DNA from: a virus
Lineage: Duplodnaviria > Caudoviricetes
Virus record (IMG/VR): IMGVR_UViG_3300026176_000228
Location: 32,001-96,000 of that record
Direction: 5' to 3' (one strand)
DNA: 64,000 bases
Position numbers and translations under genes: made by a program. The notes under the pieces were generated by a model, which worked only from the letters and a program-made list of their open reading frames with translations, was not told where the DNA came from and made no database searches. Of the stretch, positions 26,592-38,118 are shown in pieces (the stretch's first letter is position 1; every line of letters starts with the position of its first letter).

Positions 26592-27524
26592 TCAGTTACA
26601 CAAATTTGGTGGTATAGCGGCTAAATAACCCCTGCTAACTGCTTTAGGAGCCATTAATTTGCGATAAGCTAACCAACTTGCGCTAATACTAGTGGTATCT
26701 ATAGAAAATGTTTGCTTGTGGAGTATCTTACGAGCTTTGAGCTTACGTTCCGCGATGATGCGGAAGAAGATTTGTTGGATGGTCTGCTGATAGCTGACAT
26801 GTTCTTCGACAGTGGTAGGAATCAGGTTGATAGTTTCAGCCACAACTTGCAGATTGATATCCTCGATGACTTCATCAGTAATCGGTTGATCGTTCTCGTC
26901 AGTGATAAAAGCATCTTCGATATCTACCACCACGCCTTCAACCTTGGGCTTGCTGGGCTTGGCTCCCAAGTTACCGGAAAGCTTAGCCCCATGACCGTCA
27001 CGGCGCTCGTAGGGTGTATCCATGATTGTCGCGATGTCATAGGTGATAATATCGTCTGTAGTAACCGTTTCTAATTGGGGCGTGCTAAGCGGTGCGGTGC
27101 TAACAAAGAAAACAATGGCTGTGTCATCGGTTTGAGGAATCCGCAGATAATCACTTTTACCCGCAATACCCTGGGCTTTGATAAAGGTTTTCCACTCAGC
27201 CAGGGGTACCCGCATACGATAGAGGGGTAACGCGCGCTTGTTGGCCGCAGCCATGACCCGCATGAGTGTTTCGCGACCCTCTTGCAGACGTAGATTGTTA
27301 CAAAACTCGCACTCACGGTCATGGCAGTAGAAGGGGCGCATGGCGTAGGAGCCAGTGGCATCATGATAGCAGGCATGTCGCACACCACAGTCGCGCATGC
27401 GTTGCTGGCGTTTTTCTTCGCTGTTGCTACCAGACATAGACTTGAAAGCTTCCGGGTCTTCATCGAGAATAAACTTATGGTCGGTAGCGATAGTTGTAGC
27501 TGGCTCTGGGTTCCAGTCAAACAT
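26592..27524 (-). CDS. Possible replication-initiator-like protein with Cys/Zn motif
   Basis: RMRDCG...PFYCHDRECEFC resembles the N-terminal Zn region of Rep-type proteins; no clear HUH motif. Confidence 0.35.
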   Translation of the reverse strand: MFDWNPEPATTIATDHKFILDEDPEAFKSMSGSNSEEKRQQRMRDCGVRHACYHDATGSYAMRPFYCHDRECEFCNNLRLQEGRETLMRVMAAANKRALPLYRMRVPLAEWKTFIKAQGIAGKSDYLRIPQTDDTAIVFFVSTAPLSTPQLETVTTDDIITYDIATIMDTPYERRDGHGAKLSGNLGAKPSKPKVEGVVVDIEDAFITDENDQPITDEVIEDINLQVVAETINLIPTTVEEHVSYQQTIQQIFFRIIAERKLKARKILHKQTFSIDTTSISASWLAYRKLMAPKAVSRGYLAAIPPNLCN

Positions 27525-27636
27525 AGATTATAACCTCATATGGATTGTTGTATGACATTGGAAAGTTATCTCGTAGTATCATGTATTATACTCGCTGTTA
27601 GGGCTTCTCGTCAATAGCTTTCTTGTTCCAAAAAGG

Positions 27637-27736
27637 AGTATACCACAACAGTAAATGCATGTCAAGTACTCAATATACAGAAAAACTCAACCCCTTTTAT
27701 AGCATTTGACATGTGATTTATAATAATGATATGATG
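27637..27736. promoter_or_regulatory. Divergent sigma70 promoter pair
   Basis: Minus strand TTGACA-17-TATACT (~27637-27665); plus strand TTGACA-18-TATGAT (~27707-27736). Confidence 0.6.
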
Positions 27737-27790
27737 TGTACATACACAGGTACATAGAAATGTACACAACCCAATCTATGAGGTAAATAT

Positions 27791-28024
27791 ATGGCTCGTA
27801 GAACAGAAGGCATTCGGCAAGTCAATTTCTGGATACCGGAGAGTTTATGGGAGAAATTCTATCAGAGCTATCGGATGACTTCGCACAAATCATTACGGAG
27901 CCTGTTCGAGATGATACTGCAACAGTGGGTGGATGGGCCTGGGGCAACTATCCCCAACCAGAAACCGCTATTTCCTACTCCATCACAGGGTACGCCAACC
28001 CAGAGTGGCGCACCAGAAAGCTGA
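27791..28024 (+). CDS. Ribbon-helix-helix (CopG/Arc-like) transcriptional regulator
   Basis: RQVNFWIPESLWEKF...SLRSLFEMILQQWV: beta strand plus two helices. Confidence 0.6.
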   Translation: MARRTEGIRQVNFWIPESLWEKFYQSYRMTSHKSLRSLFEMILQQWVDGPGATIPNQKPLFPTPSQGTPTQSGAPES

Positions 28025-28392
28025 AGCGCGTGGGTAAACTCCTGATTGCGGCAGTCATGCTCGCGTTCATTATCTTTGGTTTCCTGACCGTCATTGAAGG
28101 GGAGCAGACCAAGCAGGCCACAGCGGAGATGCAAATCAAGCAGGCTGAGCAGCGCATCGTAGAAGCCGAGAGCCGCGCGCGGGAAGCCGAAGCCCAGGCT
28201 AAGGTCGATACTGAAGTGGCACGTCAGGATGGTAAAACCGAACGCGCGCAGACTTATTCTCTGGCGTTAGTCGCATTGAGTGCAGGTTTCAGTGGAACAG
28301 TAGATATGCTACTGTTTTTAGGCTTCATGTTCATTGCGGCGCTGGCGATTCCGGCTGAAATTATCTTCCTGAAGCGGAAAGGTTGGCTGTAG
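28021..28392 (+). CDS. Membrane protein with coiled coil (start approximate)
   Basis: TM-coiled coil-TM organisation. Confidence 0.5.
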   Translation: MKRVGKLLIAAVMLAFIIFGFLTVIEGEQTKQATAEMQIKQAEQRIVEAESRAREAEAQAKVDTEVARQDGKTERAQTYSLALVALSAGFSGTVDMLLFLGFMFIAALAIPAEIIFLKRKGWL

Positions 28393-28515
28393 ATGGTTGA
28401 AATCGAGATTATCGCACTCTTGAAGTTCTTTGTCGCGAGTAGCCTGGCGAGTGTGGTTTTAGGTATACTGTTAGGTGTGGGGCTACTGTATTATAGTAAG
28501 AAAGTGAGTCAATAG

Positions 28516-29911
28516 ATGGCTGAAGTGATTTGGAATGTCGGAACGGAACCTAAACCCGGTATAAATGTGGAAGAAACGATCAATCAACTAATACCAAGTG
28601 CGCTGGTACTGGTAGGAGTTGCACGCACCACGTATGAAATGACCGGTAAACTGAATACCAGTGGTAAGCCCTTGCCAGCTTTACCGGAAGATTTGCGCAA
28701 AGAGATTACGCTGAATGTGTTGCAGATGTATACTGGAAAGGTACTGAAAGAAAGGTAGAGGATGAACTTTTCGCGCGTGCTGAATCCTGATCGCCCTAAG
28801 CCGCAGCCGATAATTGCGCGCACTCCGCAGACCACGCCTAACACGCGCGCGCATGTCGAAACACCCTTAGCCTCAACCATCGTCACGGTAATCATCGTGA
28901 TGGGTATTCCCGCCGCGCTAGTGGGCTTATGGCCGGTGCCGCCGAAATGGATTGTACTGAGTATTATTACCTGGCTAGTGATGAACGCGGCTTGGTTCTG
29001 GCAGAGCAATCTATTTCGCGAAACTATGTGGAAGATTGAGGAAGCTACTGGCGCAGAGTTGACTGGCGATGCTATTCGCGGTAAGCCTTACGCGAGTGTG
29101 ATGCACGGCAAGGGTGGTGCGCCCAGGCCGCTGACGCCGGAGCAAATTCTCAATAAACGCTTCAGTGACTTTTTGGATACCGTGTATCGCATTGAGAGCG
29201 CCGCGTATGCGCGTTTAGTCAAAGAAGGTTGGGAGAACAAAGATGAAATCAAACGCTTCAGGGACGCGGCGATTCAAGCGGGGATATTTATGCAGCATCC
29301 CGATGGACGAGTCGAAGCGTTAGTGACCAGGGAGCGCGCGAAACAGATTGAGAGTAATGTTAGGTGGAATGTCAGGGAAGGGGTGTATTAGATGGGCTTA
29401 GAACTCTGGTTCAAGGAAGATATCAAGAATGTACTGTTGGGCTTAGCGGTGAACGCGCCGCGTATGGGGTTGGATTATAAAGATGAGGGCGAGGAATTTC
29501 AAGCCGGGTATAAAGCGGCACTAGAAGCTGTCGCGGTCAGCTTTGGGATTATGGAACCCATGATGCAAGCGCGGCCACAGTATAGAATTGTGCCGCGCGA
29601 GGCACCGCGACTAACCAGTGGGAATGGCAGGTACTAAGATGAATTGTGGTATTTGCGGTATGCCTATCGCGGAAGGTAAAGCTGATCCGCGACAGAAGAA
29701 TCTGCATATATCCTGGACTGTTTGTGTAGATGTACTGTTAGCCGAAGTTACACGCTTGCGTGCTGAACTACAGGAGCATAAGGACAATCCAACGCAAGGA
29801 CTGGCGCAGATTGGTTATCATGACGTAGAAGCATACTATAAAGAAGAAGAGACAGAGTTGAAGCCCTGCCCGATTTGCGAAGGGCGCGGTACGGTACCTT
29901 GGCTAGATTAA
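28516..29911 (+). CDS. Cluster of four hypothetical genes (28516-28758, 28762-29391 membrane, 29392-29637, 29638-29911)
   Basis: Tightly coupled ORFs with RBSs. Confidence 0.55.
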
Positions 29912-29931
29912 GATCGTGGTGATTGTAATAT

Positions 29932-29964
29932 AAGAGGCTCCCAAAAGTGGGGGCTTCTTTTTTT
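29932..29964 (+). terminator. Rho-independent terminator
   Basis: AAGAGGCTCCC...GGGGCTTCTT followed by TTTTT. Confidence 0.7.
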
Positions 29965-30601
29965 ATACCTGCCGTACCAATAAGAGGGCGGGGGGTCTAT
30001 TGATTTGAGCCTTAGTGATTTATTGTACTTGTAGCACACAAGCCACTTGGCATAACGTAATAAAGCAACCTTAGTCACAGTAAACATAATATTTTTAGAT
30101 TTGATTTTATGTCAATTATTTTTGTAAAAAACGCGTCCGTCCGGTCCAGCCGTTATACGTCTACGGCTCCAGAGATAGAGATAGGCAACAGGGCAGGGCA
30201 AGGGAGAACTAGAAACAGCCAGCTAAATTATAGAACTATTGGTCTATCTCTAATCCAACCCACTACTCGGAGCAGGTGAGTGTCAGCAGAAACCAGCCAA
30301 CCTCACCAGTCGCCCACCACCCTACCCTACAGTCACTCCCCTACCATGACTATGCGAAATATCCCAAATGACGCTGCTATAAGAAGTGACAACTGTAATA
30401 TAAGAGTAAGGGAAAAATTGAACTACCCTATAAACCAGTGCCCCCCATTCACAAAAACTTGCCCGCACAATTTTTCTTGACCAGTTTTATTGTGTCATCA
30501 TGTCTTGATGCAAGCCAGGCTGTCAACAAGGATGGATGAGAGTAGGGGTAGTCAGCATATATAGATGCAGGGGCGGCTGTCAGCCAAGCTTGTTGCAGAG
30601 G

Positions 30602-30755
30602 ATGACTATGCGCAATGACTACACGCAAGGCAAGGTGTGACGCGTCTATCGCGCGCGTGACGTGCTGGCTACACGCAATGGCTACACGCAGGAGACTTGC
30701 AAGCTTTGCTGCATGTAGGCGTGGATAGGATGACTACACGCAATGACTACACGCA
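30602..30755 (+). repeat. Three tandem pairs of a 13-bp repeat ATGACTACACGCA (iteron-like)
   Basis: Pairs at ~30602-30627, ~30665-30690 and ~30730-30755, spaced ~64 bp apart. Confidence 0.8.
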
Positions 30756-31917
30756 AGGGGTTGCACGGAGCGTGGTCAACGTTGGATGCAAGGTAGGGGC
30801 CAGGCTGCATGGGTCATGGTCTTATGACGTTGCATGGTAAGGTATAGTTTACATGCGCTATTGGCAACGTCGCCCTACAAGGTGGGCTGTATCTTGCACA
30901 TGTCAATGGCGCATGAATACACAAGTGGGGTGCACTTGAACATCTGTGCTATGATTCTTAAAACGATTCAACCTTAACAAGAAAATTGAATGCGTTTCGC
31001 ATAGACCAACATGCTATGTTACGCGTAACACGGCATTGTAAGCTCATATCTACCACAAGTCTTGTGATTGCACCATATTGCACTAGATAAAACGTTTTCC
31101 TTCGTGATAGCAGTCATCCAGGATTGACACAAAGAACGTGCGTTCTACAATGTCATATGTACTTGCATCCTGGTATAGTGCAAGTCATGACGCATTGGCA
31201 ATACAAGTGGGATTTAGCCGGTTTTAGCCGCGCGTCTAGGCGTGCGTCATGTAGGATTGCAAGATGAACCTGGACTTGCAGCAACATTACGATGAACCTT
31301 AAAGTTTTGCAATCTAAAATATGTCATGGTAACAAACACATCAAACACGTTTATACTACGTGCGCACGGGCAACCCGCGCAGTTCCACCGCACCTTGACA
31401 ACGTGAGACGCGACCTAAGCACAGCGCAACGCGCCAAGGCAGCGGGTTGCGTCTCACTACATCCCCAAGTCATAAAGGACGTGCTACCACTACGCAAGGG
31501 TAATCAGAGGTTATGGCATACATTCTCCGTATGCTGGCGCAATCGCTAACGTCGATTCGCAGACGTAGGACAGATTGACGCTAACCTACCTTATCCCCAT
31601 GCAAGCATAGCACGGAAATAATGCCGTAAGGCACACTAGCACGGCTTTAGCACAGCATAGGCTAGTGGACGTTAAAGGGATAGACTTCCTTATACTAGCA
31701 CAGACGTGCAAGATTGTAGTTATACGCTGTGCATAGCTTAGGTGTAAGGAAGAGGTTGCATCACTTCCCGCGCTAGTATGCGCAAGGTTGTACAAAGTCT
31801 ATACAAACATTGTGCATATGTGGCTGGCCGTCATAGACCACGCGGGATATTTGGCATATGCCAAAAGGTTCAATCGCAACCTACAATGCGATATATAGCA
31901 CAAGAGGAGATTCTATC

Positions 31918-33093
31918 ATGGCACGCACTAGCAAATCAACACAATCGAACGTGAAGCAGATGTCTGAAGCAATCGCAGAATTCGAAAAGGAGAATCCCAT
32001 GTCAACGCAGACGGAAAAGGCGCCGCGTAAGCCGCGCGCCAAGTCCACTACTCCGAAAGCGGGTGAAGTCACTACACAGAAAATCGCAAGGGTAGACGCG
32101 AACGCAGTCGCGAACGCTGATAATGCGCCTATCGCAATGACCGGCAGTAAGGTTGATCTTTCCGGTATGGCAGACATTCCGGGCTATGTGTCAGTCGGCC
32201 CGGTCGTGAAAGGTGGAGGTGGGAAAAAGCACGCACAGTATTTGGCAGACGCGCAAAAGTTGGCGGATGAACACTTGCCAGCTATCCGCACCTTGCTTGC
32301 CTCCGGTCGGTCAAACGATATCGTCCTGTGGAATCATATCGCGACTTTGAAGCAAGGCAAGGCGAATAAAATCGCAGAGGATGAACACGGGAAGTATCCG
32401 CCATTTTCCGATTGGTTGCGCGTTGCTGTGGGTATGTCTATTGAAGATTATCGCGCGATTAGCCCGTGCCTTGACGTTGTGCAATACACAGAATTAGTGA
32501 AAGCCTACAAGGGGGAAGACGGTAACGCGATTAGCAGACGCGCCGCGGCTGATATCGCGAAGATGTGGCCCGATGTGGAGCACCGCGCAGCGACCAAAAA
32601 CGCGCCAGAACGTACCGCAGTTGACAATCTGCCAGCGCGCGAATTCGCTATTCGCGTTGCTCAAACGTTGGGTCGCTACGCGTGGGATGCGTTTTTGGTA
32701 GGCGCGAAGATCGATCCCAATAAGCAAGGTTCAAAGGGTATGGATTTTCCCGAATTGGAATCCTGGTACATGAAAAAGCATGTTGCGCTGGAAGATTGCA
32801 AAACCAAGGAACATGCGGATATGCTCAAGGATGAATTCCGGACGGAAGCCTTGCGCGAACTCATGACAGAGGATGATCCCCACGGGCCGGAGTTAGAAAA
32901 GCTTGGCAAGTTGGCAACCAGTATCGCGGCATCGATTGCAGGATTCACAGCCAAGCTTACGGAAGTGCAGGAGCAAATCGCCTATCTGGAGCAGGATAGG
33001 CGCGACAGGTTGGCGGCCAAGCTTGCAGAGGAGATGAACGCTAAAGAATCTAAGGCGCGCAAACGCCAATCACGCGCGCCTAAGTCTGCATAA
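31918..33093 (+). CDS. Hypothetical early protein (Lys/Ala-rich N-terminus, C-terminal coiled coil)
   Basis: GAGGAG RBS before ATG 31918; first gene after a palindrome. Confidence 0.75.
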   Translation: MARTSKSTQSNVKQMSEAIAEFEKENPMSTQTEKAPRKPRAKSTTPKAGEVTTQKIARVDANAVANADNAPIAMTGSKVDLSGMADIPGYVSVGPVVKGGGGKKHAQYLADAQKLADEHLPAIRTLLASGRSNDIVLWNHIATLKQGKANKIAEDEHGKYPPFSDWLRVAVGMSIEDYRAISPCLDVVQYTELVKAYKGEDGNAISRRAAADIAKMWPDVEHRAATKNAPERTAVDNLPAREFAIRVAQTLGRYAWDAFLVGAKIDPNKQGSKGMDFPELESWYMKKHVALEDCKTKEHADMLKDEFRTEALRELMTEDDPHGPELEKLGKLATSIAASIAGFTAKLTEVQEQIAYLEQDRRDRLAAKLAEEMNAKESKARKRQSRAPKSA

Positions 33094-33099
33094 CGATAG

Positions 33100-33720
33100 C
33101 ACGTTTGGAGTACCAAACCACCTAGCCTAAATCCTATTAGCTAACCATGACTAGACTAGTAGAATTTAGGCTAGGACGTTTGATAGCAAACATGCTGCTA
33201 GAATGCCCATAGATACCGTTTTAAAGCCCATAGGCGCGTTCTGTATAGGGTATAGGTATAAAATGACCTATACCCCATTTTTAGCCGTTTCTGGCGCGTT
33301 TTTGCTATCAACGCGATAGGTCATAGCACACTTGTTCGGAAATCAGCCGTTTCGTGCGTGCTATACCGCATACAGCCGTGTATGATTATGTCAATACAGT
33401 CATACATCGGGCGTTTTGGCATACATCTGATTTTTGGCATATGCTAGAATCTAATTTATCTGAGTGGTCGATAATACGCGTGTAGACTATAGTGATTATC
33501 GACGCGCTAGTCCAAAAATGGTTTGACCATTCATCCTATATGGCGCTAGTCTACAGCGTCCTTATAGGTTCAATGTCACTAGTCTGGTAAATTAGATTCT
33601 AGCATATGCCAAAAATCGGGTCATATGCCACTAGACTTGCCAAGCATCATAGACTATGCCATATGTTATAGCATTTGACACAAGTCATGATGCTTGGCAT
33701 TTTATATGGCCGGTGCATTT
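33100..33720. other. Non-coding region densely packed with inverted repeats
   Basis: Stems at 33121/33175, 33177/33313, 33248/33276, 33429/33617 (30 bp) and 33638/33699. Confidence 0.8.
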
Positions 33721-34934
33721 TTTTGACTTGCTTTATATAGTTATGTCAACGTAACTGTAACCGTAACTGTACTCGAAATTGTTTTTACATTTTTGGCATA
33801 TGCTAAATTTGAAAAAACAATTTACAACCGTAACTGTCAACTGTAAGAAAAACAATTCATAAATTACTGTGCTAACTGTGGCGCAGTAAAAAACAATTCA
33901 CATTTGGCATATGCCAAAAACGAAGGAGCGTGCAAAGATGCTTAAGCTTGCGTATGAGAACTATTGCCATCATATGTGGCAACTGTCTTATATCGGTGAA
34001 CATTGGAAGGATTTTGTCGTCGCGTGCTACGACGTGCATTACGCCATGAACGGTATTGAGCAAATGTTCTGGCAAGGTTCGGAATCCAATCTGAACCTGC
34101 GCGATACGCGACCTGTGTCTTGGGAAATGTTTGAATTCTGGACTGATGATCAAGCCGTGATTCTGGACTTTGCTATACGCGTAGCTGCGGTGCTTGAGAC
34201 GGAACTGATATTGTAGAATTTGGCATATGCCAAAAAAAACAAAGGAGTTTACCGTATGCTCACCACTAAAACCGCCAAGCAAATGCTTCTGGATCGCGGC
34301 CAAGCCTTGCCGCGTGTAGGTTATGAAAGCATTGTAACTGAATTCAAACAGCCGTGCGGTTGCTTTGATCGCGTATGGCTAGTCAACCGTGCTGGCAAAT
34401 ACTCCACGCGTGTTGACTTTCATGCTTGTGATGCTTGTTGGTTCAAGTTGCCAATTCGGTAAATTTGGCATATGCCAAATAAAACAATTTCACAACAAAG
34501 GAGTTTACCATGTTCAAGCGTTTTCTGTTCATTCTGAAGTACGATGTGTTGTCCAAGGAATCCTTCCGCGCGACCATGTTCTACTTGGCCCATGGTTATT
34601 GGCGGTAATGTGATGCTCAAGCTTCTGGTCATTGCGAAAATGCTGTGCTTCACGCTCGGCCTGACGCCCGCGGAATGGGCGTGCTATGAATCGGTTGCGG
34701 AATATCAACCACGCGAACAGTATACCCGCGCGTGTGTCTATGCTGAAGATATGGATGAAACCACGCCGAATCTGGTTATTTACGAAACCTGGAACGGTGA
34801 AATCGGTATGATGTTCTTTGCCGGTTAGTGTATAACTGCCAATGGTAAATTTGGCATATGCTAAATTCTGCCTAATCCAAAAAACAGAATTTGGCATATG
34901 CCAAAAAAACAATTCACAGAAAGGCTAAAATTCC

Positions 34935-35249
34935 ATGAAGACTATCGTGTACTTGAATCCCGACTATCAGGACGCGGAGATTCGCTATACGCATGATGTA
35001 CCACTGGAAAGCGCGAAGGCTACTGAAGTGTTGGAAGTCTCTGACCTGCCGAAACGGATTAGCGTTAAGGCTTTTCATCCCGATGATTTCATGGATTCGC
35101 ATACCGCAGTTGACTTGCCCCGCGACGCGTTCGTGAATCTCTTGCGTTACTTGCACGCTAACGACCGGCGTATCGAAGCCATTATGCTTGTCCGTAGTGT
35201 GACGCATTGGGGCCTATCGGACGCGAAGCATTTCGTGGAATCTCTCTAA
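34935..35249 (+). CDS. Protein with a ribosomal L7/L12 C-terminal-like domain
   Basis: RRIEAIMLVRSVTHWGLSDAKHFVESL resembles KIEAIKxVRxxTGLGLKEAKxxVE. Confidence 0.65.
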   Translation: MKTIVYLNPDYQDAEIRYTHDVPLESAKATEVLEVSDLPKRISVKAFHPDDFMDSHTAVDLPRDAFVNLLRYLHANDRRIEAIMLVRSVTHWGLSDAKHFVESL

Positions 35250-36099
35250 CCCACCGGCATATGCCAGGTCAATAAAATGATTTTGGCATATGCCAAATTA
35301 CTATTTCCAGAAAAGGAGTATTTTCAATGCCTAGGCTCAATGTCAACCTCTCTGTTTCCGGTCGCGCTACCCCTAATTCATGGGATGCACCTCACGCGTA
35401 TGGTGATACGGTTGCGTTTGATGTGGAAGCTGAAATTGATTTTCTGCGCCTGTCCAAACCGCAGATTGTCAAGATGCTGGAAAAGCATGTCGAGCAAGCT
35501 ATCGTGAATTGGGAACGCGCGCAAGCTGAGGAACTGCGCAAACTGGCTGAAGCTGTGGCTGAAACTGATTCTGAATCATAAACTCAAGTTGAACTGGTTT
35601 GCCTGTTTCCTGCCATAAAACAGGTATTGTAAATTTGGCATATGCTAAAAAAGGAGTCTGTCATGTACAAGCTTCTTACTCTGCTCGGCTTTCGTGTATG
35701 GGCATACACGAATGCCTGCATTATGTTGCAAAACGGACGCTTGCGGGTGAATGTCTATCCCAATCGTGTTTCTATCTATCGGTCTACGCTATGACCATAC
35801 AAGTCGCGGTCAAACCTAAAGATGGCGATTTTGTGTATGGGCCATTTGAAGTGGCGACATTCCAGCGCGTGGGTGAGATTCTAGTTAAGATCGCGATTCA
35901 AAACCATGATCCTGAAATCTCTCGCCACGACCTATGGCTAATAGAAAATGGTAAACTGACTGAACGGGCCTTCTATTTCCTACCCGATTATGTCAGTATC
36001 AGGAAAAAGAAAACGCGTACGCGTAAAGCCTATACACAGATATGGGCTTTCGATGCAAAACTGACAAGGTATATCCGACAGAAGTCGGAGTAACAAACC

Positions 36100-36166
36100 A
36101 GGCGCGTCGTCTAAGTAAGACAGAATCGCAAGATTCAAATTCAGGTATCAAATCCTGGCGCGCCTA
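36100..36166 (+). ncRNA. Degenerate tRNA-like element 1
   Basis: Acceptor AGGCGCG/CGCGCCT; D arm GTCT/AGAC; GAATC-GCAA-GATTC arm; T-like arm CAGG-TATCAAAT-CCTG. Confidence 0.55.
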
Positions 36167-36168
36167 TT

Positions 36169-36243
36169 CCCGCTGGCTGGAAGCCCGTGTCATCGGCTGT
36201 ACTAGATACTGATAATTGCCAGTTCGATTCTGGCGCGGCGGGC
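36169..36243 (+). ncRNA. Degenerate tRNA-like element 2
   Basis: Acceptor CCCGCTG/CGGCGGG; canonical T arm GCCAG-TTCGATT-CTGGC; irregular D and anticodon arms. Confidence 0.5.
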
Positions 36244-36583
36244 ATTTGGTAAATTTGGCATATGCCAAAATCTAACCCTCAAAGGAGTCTATTCCATGAA
36301 ACCGTGTATCATGTACATCATCTTTCCTGAAAACCCCCGGCAAACACCTTATTTACGTGAGTTCAAAATCGCGGGCAATCCCAATACCCATACGCGTAAC
36401 TATGAGCGCGCGCGTACTAAAAAGGCTGCGTTTCATAAGGCGCGTATCATGGCGCGCCAGATTCGTGGTGTAGTCGAAATCCAACGGTCTGTACCCGGCA
36501 AGAAATTGGCTAAGACTTGGCTGGTTTGGCAAATCTGAAAATTTGGCATATGCCAAAATCTGAAAACTGAAAGGAATCTAGTC

Positions 36584-36967
36584 ATGGCTACTTTGAATCT
36601 CGCTCGGCTTTTCGCGGACGCGCACGCGGCAGGCATGACCGCGGCTATGGAGCACGCGCCAACGCCTATGTTGGTCGTAGAACACACGAATCCCCTGAAC
36701 GATAACAGTCCTATCAAACGCGTCTATGCGCCGGTGATGGATGGCGTCTGCGGCTTCGCGTGGATTGTGATTAAGCCTGCCAACTGTGCCGCGGCTAAAT
36801 ACGCGAAGGAACACTTTGGCGCGCGTAAAGGTTACGAACCGGGTATCCATATTTGGGTACATCAATTCAATCAAAGTTATGAACGCAAAATGAAATACGC
36901 TGCCGCGTTTACAGAAGTGTTGCGCGGCGCGGGTATCAACGCTTATGCTGATGGGCGTTTGGATTGA
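36584..36967 (+). CDS. Hypothetical phage protein
   Basis: DGVCGFAW...QSYERKMKYAAAF...GINAYADGRLD, a motif pattern I recall from phage hypotheticals. Confidence 0.7.
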   Translation: MATLNLARLFADAHAAGMTAAMEHAPTPMLVVEHTNPLNDNSPIKRVYAPVMDGVCGFAWIVIKPANCAAAKYAKEHFGARKGYEPGIHIWVHQFNQSYERKMKYAAAFTEVLRGAGINAYADGRLD

Positions 36968-37683
36968 TGTTTTAGCATATGCCAAATCTAAAAGGAGTTC
37001 AAGATGCCTACTGAAGTGCCTAAATCACCGTGGTTCGACCAAGAGTCACCTGCTATCGCGATTCTGGAATTGATTGCTGAATGTGATGACTCAGAGCCTT
37101 ACGAACTGAATGCGGGGGCGGTATTTCGCGCGGTCAATGGCAAATTCTTGGTCGTATTTGTTTCGGGTTGTTCCTGTTGGCCCGACCGTGGCAGCACAAC
37201 CCAAACTGTCTGCCATACACCAGTAGAAGTAGACCGCGCGTTAACTGGTTGGCACACGCTCAGGGACTATTGGCAAAACTGGCTCAGAAAGGATAACTTG
37301 AAAGTGAAGACTATCTATGAAACCGCCGATGGGCAACAGTTTACCGATTATTCTGCCGCCGAAGAACATGAGCGCACGTTGCGATTGGTGGACTGGCTTG
37401 ACAGTCAATTGGGTAAAACTGGCATGTATAGCACCCGTGAATTCGCAGCCTTGTTCACGAATGAAACCGCGCGTGCGGAGTTTATGCGCTTGTTGAGCTA
37501 AAATCATTTTTAGCATATGCCAAATCTACAGTTCCGCGCGGCTCTCCACCGCGGCGCTAAATACTCAGTCCCTACTCAAGAATCGTCAATCGAAGAAAGC
37601 ACACTGAGTCAAATCAGTCTCGTACTGCGCGCGTAAGAGTACCGGGATTGTAAATTTGGCATATGCTAAACTGGAGCAAAAAC

Positions 37684-38118
37684 ATGATTACGTCATTCCA
37701 GGGTGAACATAGATTTCTGTCAAATTTCAGTCCTTGCAATGTTGAATTTGAAGGTATGGTTTTCCCGACCGTCGAACACGCGTATCAGGCGGCTAAAACG
37801 CTTGACCTAAGCTTGCGGCAACAGATTGCTGCTTTGCCTACTCCTGGTAAAGCCAAGCGTTTTGGGCGTCAACTGGAATTGCGTCCTGATTGGGACAGAT
37901 TACGCGTGTCTATCATGTTGCAATTGCTCATAAGTAAATTCACGCACGAACCGTGGCGTGGTTTACTTATCGCCACGCGTGACGAAGAATTAATCGAAGG
38001 TAATACTTGGGGCGATAGATTCTGGGGCGCGGAATTAGTCAACGGTGTTTGGGTTGGTGAAAATAAGCTTGGTCGCTCATTGATGTTGGTGCGTGAAACG
38101 TTGCTTGAGGCTAAATAG
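37684..38118 (+). CDS. NADAR (YbiA-like) family protein
   Basis: FLSNF, FPTVEHAYQAAK, AKRFGR, LRPDW, LIEGNTWGDRFWG and GENKLGRSLM. Confidence 0.92.
   Translation: MITSFQGEHRFLSNFSPCNVEFEGMVFPTVEHAYQAAKTLDLSLRQQIAALPTPGKAKRFGRQLELRPDWDRLRVSIMLQLLISKFTHEPWRGLLIATRDEELIEGNTWGDRFWGAELVNGVWVGENKLGRSLMLVRETLLEAK

Noticed and set aside
30280-31795. Short ORFs in the large intergenic region
   Set aside because: No RBS, atypical composition and no recognisable motifs
31850-31865. Palindrome as a canonical parS or integron attC site
   Set aside because: It does not match the parS consensus TGTTTCACGTGAAACA, lacks attC RYYYAAC/GTTRRRY ends, and no ParB or integrase is seen in the window
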